Shown: positions 56,895-64,000 of the stretch, in pieces
Numbering within the stretch: the first letter of the stretch is position 1
Layout: the number at the start of each line of letters is the position of its first letter
IMG/VR virus record: IMGVR_UViG_3300012347_000364
Span: 89,019-153,018 of that record
Direction: 5' to 3' (one strand)
DNA length: 64,000 nt
Source: a virus
Lineage: Duplodnaviria; Heunggongvirae; Uroviricota; Caudoviricetes
The notes under the pieces: generated by a model
What the model was told of the DNA's origin: nothing
The model's database searches: none
Seen by the model: only the letters and a program-made list of their open reading frames with translations
Translations under genes and position numbers: made by a program

Positions 56895-57289
56895 TGGCTC
56901 AAACAGAACGTACGCCAAAAAATATCTACGGAACTGCTGACATCAACACGATTAACGCGTTGAAGGCCTCTATAACTGCAAACACCGTGGTGTATGCGAG
57001 TCAGATAAATTCGCTGATTGGTCTGTACAACACAATGAACACGCACTACCATAGATATGATGATGCGTACCAACTTGCAACATATGGTGCTGGATATGGC
57101 CAGTGGCCAGGTGCTGGCGATCGAACAGACTATTATGTGGATAAAGATACATCATACCCAGTAAGCGGGGCTAGTATTAGTACTGTGGCAGCGGGTAGCG
57201 TTGCTACTGCAAGCAAACACAACGAAATTGCTGGACAATCACGTACAATGAAGGTCCATTATCACACGATAGACGACAGAACAGCTTAA
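56894..57289 (+). CDS. small putative virion/fibre protein with two HxH-xx-DD repeats
   Basis: THYHRYDD and VHYHTIDD; CATAAATA at 56834. Confidence 0.6.
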   Translation: MAQTERTPKNIYGTADINTINALKASITANTVVYASQINSLIGLYNTMNTHYHRYDDAYQLATYGAGYGQWPGAGDRTDYYVDKDTSYPVSGASISTVAAGSVATASKHNEIAGQSRTMKVHYHTIDDRTA

Positions 57290-57305
57290 CAGGCCCCAAT
57301 ATATT

Positions 57306-58538
57306 ATGAAACCCTTGAACAAAAGATACGTCATAACAGGGATGGGGGTCGTAAATGCCCTTGGCAGCGGAGTAGACAACACTTTCAGCCGACTCCTCGA
57401 TACATCCAACGAAACGCCACGGATTGCCAAATGGGATTCAGTTAATCAGCCTGCAATTCTCGTTAACCGTGCACACGAACTCCCGGATTTAGACCTTATA
57501 GCAAATGGGGCATATGAGCCTCGCGAGGCTCGTTCATGGCCTCTACTAACTAAGGCTGCTGCCATTGCTGTATACGAGGCTGTGCAGCAATCTGGATTTG
57601 AAACATCCAATGTAGCTACGCTGATATCGAGTATTGGTGGTGGCAACGATATGCGTGATACAGTTGAGCGATCATATCACGCTGGTAAGACGAAAGCAAA
57701 TCCGTTCCAAACCTTAGGAATATCCTACGACTATACTGCAGGAGCAATTGCGTCTAAGTATCGATGGAATGGTCCAAGTACGGTGATGGTATCGGCCTGC
57801 GCTAGCGGTCTATACACCCTCGACTATGCAATTAAGTGTATCGATGCTGGCGATTGTGATGTGGCAGTCGTAGGTGGTACAGATGCGATGGCTGATCACT
57901 ACAATCTCTATTTTTTCCAAGTACTGCACGCTCTTTCAAAGAGAGACGAACCCCATATCAGCCAACCATTCAGCACTGAGCGAGATGGTTTTGTAATGGG
58001 TGAGGGTGCTGGGATTGTTGTTGTCGAAACTCTAGAACATGCGTTGAATAGAAACGCAAACATATTGGCTGAAGTTTGTGGGATGGGATTCTATACTGAA
58101 ACGGAGCATCCGACAACTCCTAGTGAAGGCGGCATTGGCGCTATAGCTAGCGCCACTACAGCTGTGAAGAGGGCTGGGATAGAATTCAACCAAATAGATT
58201 TCATTAACGCTCACGCCACATCAACACCAATAGGCGATGCAATCGAATACAATGCAATGAATACGTTGTTTCCTAACTCAATCATAACCTCAGCAAAAGG
58301 CCACATCGGACACACCATGAGTGCTGGTGGGATCATTGAGATGATCTACGGCATTAAATCAATGCAGACGGAAACTATTTTCCCGGTCGCTAATTTTACG
58401 AGTTGCGATTTCGTTAAAGAATTACATATCAATAAACAACCACTAAATAAAAGCTCGAAGTATTTTTTGAAAAATTCTTATGGGTTTGGTGGCAAGTGTG
58501 CAAGTGTTGTAATTGGTAAGTGTAATATAGAAGAATAA
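57306..58538 (+). CDS. fabF: beta-ketoacyl-ACP synthase II
   Basis: Catalytic Cys in SACASG; His in NAHATSTPIGD and KGHIGH; KNSYGFGG. Confidence 0.93.
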   Translation: MKPLNKRYVITGMGVVNALGSGVDNTFSRLLDTSNETPRIAKWDSVNQPAILVNRAHELPDLDLIANGAYEPREARSWPLLTKAAAIAVYEAVQQSGFETSNVATLISSIGGGNDMRDTVERSYHAGKTKANPFQTLGISYDYTAGAIASKYRWNGPSTVMVSACASGLYTLDYAIKCIDAGDCDVAVVGGTDAMADHYNLYFFQVLHALSKRDEPHISQPFSTERDGFVMGEGAGIVVVETLEHALNRNANILAEVCGMGFYTETEHPTTPSEGGIGAIASATTAVKRAGIEFNQIDFINAHATSTPIGDAIEYNAMNTLFPNSIITSAKGHIGHTMSAGGIIEMIYGIKSMQTETIFPVANFTSCDFVKELHINKQPLNKSSKYFLKNSYGFGGKCASVVIGKCNIEE

Positions 58539-58539
58539 T

Positions 58540-59328
58540 ATGCAAAATGCGATAACGTTTGAACCAACGAGTAGAAACATACAACTAATTCAATTGGTGT
58601 GCTTTAGCGCAGTATTGTATTGTGTCATTGTTCCGTCTGATTGGTTTTGGTATGTGGTATCCATCGCTGTATACGCGATCAATGTGTTGATTGGTCTTAG
58701 TTTCACTATGCATAGGCTACACAGCCATAAGTGTTTCAATACATTCCCTGCATTTGAAAAGTTGTTATCCATCCACGCATGTATGTCAATGGTAGGAAGC
58801 CCATTATCATATTCTTACATCCATCGCTTCCATCACGCCAATAGCGACAACAACGTAGATCCGCATAGCCCTAAAGATGGCGTGATGCATTCTATATTTG
58901 GTCTCCACCAACCTTATAAATTGCAGGCTTTTATCATTAGAGATTTTCTCAAAAGCAAATTTCAAATGTTTGTCCACAAATACTACTTGTTGATTGTTGT
59001 TGCAATTTGCGGACTGGTTGCTTCTTTTAGCCTTCATGCATTGGTGTTTGGAATATTGGTGCCAGGATTCTTTACAGCACTTGCTAGTAGATTAAACAAC
59101 TGGATTACCCACGAGCCTAGATTTGGTATCCAGGATAACGATACTGGAGACAACTCAAGAAACGTTTGGTGGTGGAATGCTATACTAGTTTGGTCAGGTG
59201 AGGGATGGGCAAATAATCACCATCACCGATCGGGGGATTATGATTTTGGAAAACCACAAAGTCGCATAGATATTACTGCCCGGTTAATTGAATTGATGGC
59301 AACGATCAGAATGATAAAGGTAAAATAA
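58540..59328 (+). CDS. membrane fatty acid desaturase (delta-9 type)
   Basis: His boxes HRLHSH and HRFHH, DPHSP, GEGWANNHH; TM segments. Confidence 0.88.
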   Translation: MQNAITFEPTSRNIQLIQLVCFSAVLYCVIVPSDWFWYVVSIAVYAINVLIGLSFTMHRLHSHKCFNTFPAFEKLLSIHACMSMVGSPLSYSYIHRFHHANSDNNVDPHSPKDGVMHSIFGLHQPYKLQAFIIRDFLKSKFQMFVHKYYLLIVVAICGLVASFSLHALVFGILVPGFFTALASRLNNWITHEPRFGIQDNDTGDNSRNVWWWNAILVWSGEGWANNHHHRSGDYDFGKPQSRIDITARLIELMATIRMIKVK

Positions 59329-59654
59329 TGTTCTCTAGAGAAAACCCATCTGAAAACAGAAGTGGCGACTTATCGCAAATAAAATATACATGGACTAGGA
59401 AGACTGCTGAGCATAGCGTAATGGTAGCGACGTGTCCAAAGATTAACGATGCGGGTAAGGTGGTTGGCCAGTTTGCTGCATATAAAGAAGCTCACGATCT
59501 GCATTGTGATCCAGAGCAGTTTGCTGCAGATAATAATTGGACAAAAGACCTTCGATATGAAATTGCAGACCAGATCAACAATCCAGTGTTTGGTCATTTC
59601 GATTTAGAAACATACGTATCGATCCACAACACCTCGATAAGGACAAGAGCATGA
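59328..59654 (+). CDS. hypothetical protein
   Basis: Translationally coupled within the cluster. Confidence 0.65.
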   Translation: MFSRENPSENRSGDLSQIKYTWTRKTAEHSVMVATCPKINDAGKVVGQFAAYKEAHDLHCDPEQFAADNNWTKDLRYEIADQINNPVFGHFDLETYVSIHNTSIRTRA

Positions 59655-60478
59655 GTCGTCATATGATGCGCAACATTGTCGAACGTATGGATATACGATT
59701 CGACCCTGTACAAGTAGAAGAAGAATGGGAAGCAATTAAGCATAATATGTCTCGTGCAGGGATGATGAATGCTGCTCTCCCAAAAGAGGGAATCGACCGT
59801 CTTGATTATTTCTACATCGAAAATCCAAGAATCGATCCAGTGATCGAGGGGACCATTTTCGAGAAGTTTATTAAGGCTCTCCCAATTAAGGTTAGCAGAG
59901 CGACTTTTCTTAATTTAATTCCTAACCAATGTCTACGTTGGCATAGAGATCCAGACAACAAAATCCACCTACCGATTAACGATAAGCCTGGTTCTTTCTT
60001 TTACGATTTTGAAGAACAAGAAGCATATCCAATCAAGGCGGACGGGCACGCTTACAGATATTTTACTTCAGCAAGATATCACAGCGCGTTCAACGCAAGT
60101 TGTTTTAACAGAACGCATTTAGTTGCTGCTGAATATCACTGTCGCAATTCAGAACCATCTAAGGTGTGGGGACAAGAACTGACAGTTCGTATTCCGGATG
60201 AGGTTTCTTATCCACCTAAAATATCACGGAACGACTCGATCGAGCAAGCCTTCTTTGTTGAGTGGGTTGCAAGAACAATTCATGATGGGTGGCTGTTTAG
60301 CGGATCAGCAAAGGATACAAACGGAGAAGGATGTACATATAGAACGTATAACTTTGAGTTTATTGATCCTGATAAAATGAAGCAATCGTTCAACGGTGAG
60401 TTTGATATGCTGCAAGTTGCTCTCGCACAGCACAACATTGAAGTTAAGTTAGGTGACGTTTGTGAACGGGTATGTTGA
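59651..60478 (+). CDS. Asp/Asn hydroxylase-like 2OG-Fe(II) oxygenase with C-terminal extension
   Basis: LRWHRD (HxD)...KIHLPI...YHSAFN...RTHLV. Confidence 0.75.
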   Translation: MSRHMMRNIVERMDIRFDPVQVEEEWEAIKHNMSRAGMMNAALPKEGIDRLDYFYIENPRIDPVIEGTIFEKFIKALPIKVSRATFLNLIPNQCLRWHRDPDNKIHLPINDKPGSFFYDFEEQEAYPIKADGHAYRYFTSARYHSAFNASCFNRTHLVAAEYHCRNSEPSKVWGQELTVRIPDEVSYPPKISRNDSIEQAFFVEWVARTIHDGWLFSGSAKDTNGEGCTYRTYNFEFIDPDKMKQSFNGEFDMLQVALAQHNIEVKLGDVCERVC

Positions 60479-60827
60479 ATTTCCCGTATCGATAACGCAA
60501 GATGAAATTGATGTCTTTTGTTCAATGACGAAAGACAAAAATCCTCAACATAAGAGTGATGTAGAGCGAGTAGTGGCGCCTGGGATGCTTCTGTGTGCTA
60601 AAGCTCTAGGAGAAACGGATAATCAATTTCACATAGTGTGGTTGATAGAGCAACAGATAAGATTCAGCAAACAGGTATATATTGATGAACCTATAATTGT
60701 ACGACATACGTTAATCAGACAAAAACAAATACGATCTGGATTGTTACAGGAGATACAAATCGACGTCAAAGTAAATGATGAGATTAGATACTCTGGTAAA
60801 ATGAAAATATTAAAGACACTAAAATGA
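60453..60827 (+). CDS. MaoC/PhaJ-like hot-dog dehydratase
   Basis: F..MTKDKNPQH...VVAPGML...QQIRFSKQVYIDE. Confidence 0.8.
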   Translation: MTFVNGYVEFPVSITQDEIDVFCSMTKDKNPQHKSDVERVVAPGMLLCAKALGETDNQFHIVWLIEQQIRFSKQVYIDEPIIVRHTLIRQKQIRSGLLQEIQIDVKVNDEIRYSGKMKILKTLK

Positions 60828-61858
60828 AAAAGACGGTATTCATTCAAAATATCCCTCACTATCCTACTGCATGGGGTGATGCAGTTGCGTCATGGAACCT
60901 GGCCAGCTTCTTTAAAGGGATGGGCACTTGGTATGCAAAGGATTATCAGCAACAGTTAAAGTTCTGGTCAAAGCAGAGCTTCAATATCATCTTAGATTCC
61001 GATCGTGATGATGCTTCGAAGTTAGTGCTACGTCACTATATGATTCCTAAGGTGCCAGGTGGTGCTGATCTTCGTAAGAGCATTGATCTAAGAGAAGCAT
61101 TTAAATATCTGGATGAAAATCCCGGTCGGCGTACAGTCGCTTTTGGTGTATTCTTCGACCCCAAACAAAGTAATTTTTCTACTGAGTATGTGATTAACGA
61201 ATCGAAGTGGTTTACGCGCGAGCCACACGATCTACAGGTAGATGATGAATCGCTTGCTGATCATTACACTCATAATAAGTTTATCCGTTTAGGCGAAACA
61301 GAACCAATCACTAACGAGAGTAATATTGGTACAATTGTGTGGTTCTTCTTATACAGAGCAATCGATCTACCATTATACTACATAATTCCTAACCCCGATA
61401 TGTTGGGTGTTGCTATTAATTTTAACGATATTATATCTGACGATATTAGGTACATGGTCACTGAGCCACATTTTGGCACAGTTGGCGATTTGATCTTTAG
61501 GCCTAAGTATAGCCGAAACGTTGTGCAAATGACACCCGATAAAATAGCAGCCGGCGAGAACTTCCATATCGACCCGTTTAGGGGCGGTGTGTTTGAGTGG
61601 GGATTCAAAGAACAAGTGCCTAAGGTTCCTATTAAGGTGTATTCGAATTTAGAATATATCCGCGACGAAACGACCAACAGGATATATTTTAAGTTCAATG
61701 AAGGTCAGCAGCATGGATATGTGAATATGCGTTGGAATAGCAATGCATTAATGGATTTTAGTCAGAGTAGTCACTCTTTCGATAACCTACAAAACAAGTG
61801 CACGCTCACGCTTGATGTATATCGAAACGATCGATATAAATATCAAGAGGAGAAGTAA
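60824..61858 (+). CDS. hypothetical protein
   Basis: Coupled ORF within the cluster; no motif recognised. Confidence 0.7.
   Translation: MKKTVFIQNIPHYPTAWGDAVASWNLASFFKGMGTWYAKDYQQQLKFWSKQSFNIILDSDRDDASKLVLRHYMIPKVPGGADLRKSIDLREAFKYLDENPGRRTVAFGVFFDPKQSNFSTEYVINESKWFTREPHDLQVDDESLADHYTHNKFIRLGETEPITNESNIGTIVWFFLYRAIDLPLYYIIPNPDMLGVAINFNDIISDDIRYMVTEPHFGTVGDLIFRPKYSRNVVQMTPDKIAAGENFHIDPFRGGVFEWGFKEQVPKVPIKVYSNLEYIRDETTNRIYFKFNEGQQHGYVNMRWNSNALMDFSQSSHSFDNLQNKCTLTLDVYRNDRYKYQEEK
61835..61852 (+). promoter_or_regulatory. T4-type late promoter and SD for the Cys-rich peptide
   Basis: TATAAATA 61835-61842; GAGGAG 61847-61852; ATG 61859. Confidence 0.7.
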
Positions 61859-62065
61859 ATGGCAGTAGAAAACACCAGTAATGTTAGCATAACTTCCACA
61901 GCCGCTAGTGATAAGGCGGTTGGGGCATCTATTAGTGCGGACACATTCCAACAAATGCTCAACGTGTTGTCTGATTTAGTATCTCACAACCACACTTTTT
62001 ATGATGATTATACGACAGTGTGCGAATGCCAATGTCAATGTGACTGTAGTCGTGGGACCTTATGA
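61859..62065 (+). CDS. 68-aa Cys-rich putative radical SAM substrate (precursor peptide or small virion protein)
   Basis: ...SHNHTFYDDYTTVCECQCQCDCSRGTL; stop overlaps the rSAM start. Confidence 0.75.
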   Translation: MAVENTSNVSITSTAASDKAVGASISADTFQQMLNVLSDLVSHNHTFYDDYTTVCECQCQCDCSRGTL

Positions 62066-63795
62066 ATGAACAAAAAATTGTTTGGGTAAAAACTGAAGCA
62101 CAAAAGAAAAGGTTTAGAGACCATAAGGCATCGGTGTCTGAACTTCATGATGGTACTTTGGAATTTAGAAGCGAGAGCATAATCACGCCTAAAGGGTTAG
62201 AAAAGACTAACAAGCTAATCCACGTCGTACCAAAAGACGATGAACAAATAGTCCCACTTTCAAACGCTTCGTATTTGTTTCAAGAACTGAAGCAAATGAA
62301 CCTCATACTAACAAATGCATGTAACTTAGCGTGCACGTATTGCTATGAGCAGCACAATAAGGATTTCGGTAGATTCACTAACGACAGTTTGTTGAAGGCA
62401 TATCGTTTCTTAGTTGGAGCGAATGATCGCCAACGTAAAGTGTTCAACTTCTTTGGCGGTGAGCCGCTGATCCATAAAGACATTATTCTTGACTTTTTGA
62501 GAAACAATGAAGCAGAATTACAACACAACGCACGTGGCGATATTAACACCATCGTTGGTATCGTAACTAACGGTTTGTTGTTTAGCAAAGAGTTGCTCGA
62601 TGAGTACTTGTCGTACGACTTTACATTCATATTAATCTCACTTGACACGAATAGAAGTGAGGTTGACCACCGTGAAATAGGTCAACCAAAGATTGATAAG
62701 CTGTTGGAATACATCAGCTATATTCCCGAAGACGTTAAGCTACAAAAACGTATTACTATACGTTGCACATTAGCGCGCGAAAACGCTCCATACTTCATTG
62801 AGTTCGCTGAAGACTTATATTCGCGTGGTATTAGACGAATGGTTGTTCATCCGCTTATACTAGATTCTAGTAAGGGTTTCATCCAATGGACAACTGCTGA
62901 GTGGGATAAACTTCACAAAGATATCATTAGCATACTAAACAAATACGACGACTTCCAAATCCATTTCTCTGAAGGTGTGGGCCAAAAGGGCGAAGAGAAT
63001 TGCATGATCGGATCTGACATGATTGCAATCGATGCGTCCGGCGACTTCTCGGGATGCTACTTCTTCACAAACCAAAAGGCAAGCTCAACATCGGAAACGA
63101 TTCTCGGCAATCTTTTCCACGGCACGATATATCTCGACCGTTATAAGAGATTCCAAAAAGAATATGCCAAGATGTTTATGGAAGAAGAACAGTGCCAAAC
63201 ATGCGATTATAAGAATGCGTGCTACCAGTGTCCTGCCGGTAACCTAGACACTGGTTCAAGAATGTTCAGACCAGATGATATGTGTCAGAAGATTGTTAAG
63301 CTGTACCTCGATCTCCAAGAGGATATTGCAAAAAAGCAATTTAAGAAGAAGTATGAGAGCGTCGTGTCTGCTGTCGAGACGTCTGGAGAGAATATCAGCT
63401 TTGCAAAAGGCTTGAGTTATTTAATGTTCTTCTTCTATTTCAACTACCACCCTAAGCCAGAAGTGGCTCATGCCGGGATTGAAGGCGTTGGTGATTATCG
63501 TCAAATGCTTGCTCTATTCAAAAAGCTGATCGACAGAGAAGTGGAATTCAAATTCTCGTCTGACAATTTTGTTGAAGAATTGAAGAGCTTGTTGAGTAGC
63601 GATACAATGGAAGTTGATGACTTTTATTACTATGTGGTTAAAAGGGGCAACCTAACCCCAACAGTGAATAAGATTAACTCCACTACACAATATCAAAGAT
63701 CATTCTTCCTTTGCTTACTGCATATGATTTTCTTACAATCTATGCACAAGACATACGAAGGAACTTTTAGTGAACGACTTAATCAGCCCGATTAA
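62062..63795 (+). CDS. radical SAM/SPASM-domain peptide maturase
   Basis: CNLACTYC (CxxxCxxC); FFGGEP; VTNG; SPASM Cys array CMIG..IAIDASGDFSGC...CQTCDYKNACYQCP...C. Confidence 0.93.
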   Translation: MNEQKIVWVKTEAQKKRFRDHKASVSELHDGTLEFRSESIITPKGLEKTNKLIHVVPKDDEQIVPLSNASYLFQELKQMNLILTNACNLACTYCYEQHNKDFGRFTNDSLLKAYRFLVGANDRQRKVFNFFGGEPLIHKDIILDFLRNNEAELQHNARGDINTIVGIVTNGLLFSKELLDEYLSYDFTFILISLDTNRSEVDHREIGQPKIDKLLEYISYIPEDVKLQKRITIRCTLARENAPYFIEFAEDLYSRGIRRMVVHPLILDSSKGFIQWTTAEWDKLHKDIISILNKYDDFQIHFSEGVGQKGEENCMIGSDMIAIDASGDFSGCYFFTNQKASSTSETILGNLFHGTIYLDRYKRFQKEYAKMFMEEEQCQTCDYKNACYQCPAGNLDTGSRMFRPDDMCQKIVKLYLDLQEDIAKKQFKKKYESVVSAVETSGENISFAKGLSYLMFFFYFNYHPKPEVAHAGIEGVGDYRQMLALFKKLIDREVEFKFSSDNFVEELKSLLSSDTMEVDDFYYYVVKRGNLTPTVNKINSTTQYQRSFFLCLLHMIFLQSMHKTYEGTFSERLNQPD

Positions 63796-64000
63796 AATTG
63801 TCAGCAAGACGCCTCTAGCAGGCGTCAAGCTAATAACGATATATCTTGGCAACACTTGTAATTTCGATTGCGTTTATTGCGATCGAGGGTACATAGAGAG
63901 CCTTGGTGGGCAGAATCTTGGAAAGTCAACTTCCGAGGACATGCAACAATTCTTTGAGTGGGTTGATACGCAGCCCAACGAGATTTTACGCGTTGCGTTC
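63770..64000 (+). CDS. second radical SAM enzyme (5' part, runs off the window; not in ORF track)
   Basis: GTG start 63770 behind GAAGGA; ...IYLGNTCNFDCVYCD (CxxxCxxC)...RVAF; frame open to 64000. Confidence 0.85.
   Translation, partial: MNDLISPIKIVSKTPLAGVKLITIYLGNTCNFDCVYCDRGYIESLGGQNLGKSTSEDMQQFFEWVDTQPNEILRVAF

Noticed and set aside
59328-59654. Acyl carrier protein for the FabF cluster
   Set aside because: No DSL-type phosphopantetheine motif and not acidic or helical like ACP.
62060-62068. Selenocysteine readthrough of the peptide's TGA stop
   Set aside because: The TGA is part of an ordinary ATGA start/stop overlap with the rSAM gene and no SECIS-like hairpin was evident.
1-64000. 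Stop-codon reassignment (alternative genetic code)
   Set aside because: Core genes translate full length under code 11 and end at expected positions.

Overview
This window is part of the genome of a large T4-like myovirus; no capsid or DNA polymerase gene falls inside it. The host is probably a Proteobacterium, inferred from the tmRNA tag ANDSKFALAA and an outer-membrane beta-barrel gene. Layout: (i) 1-6.5 kb, tightly packed small hypothetical ORFs including an expanded paralog family; (ii) 6.5-7.4 kb, a non-coding, hairpin-rich stretch with opposed promoters; (iii) 7.4-18.7 kb, an early/host-takeover region of mini-cassettes, each driven by a near-identical sigma70-type promoter (about 20 copies); (iv) 18.7-27 kb, accessory genes (DUF932, OMP, Asp/Asn-hydroxylase-like oxygenase, SleB hydrolase) and a circularly permuted two-piece tmRNA whose intervening segment carries an ORF; (v) 27-29 kb, gp33, cytidylyltransferase, gp59, gp32; (vi) 29-56 kb, the T4-type tail/baseplate/fibre module; (vii) 56-64 kb, an unusual biosynthetic cluster directly behind the fibre genes. 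That cluster encodes FabF, a desaturase, a 2OG-Fe(II)-like hydroxylase, a MaoC dehydratase, a late-promoter-driven 68-aa peptide ending in CECQCQCDC, a radical SAM/SPASM enzyme and the start of a second radical SAM enzyme. It is the strongest candidate for an undescribed system: RiPP-like and possibly lipid modification of a virion fibre component. All family assignments come from motif recognition by eye; no searches were run.
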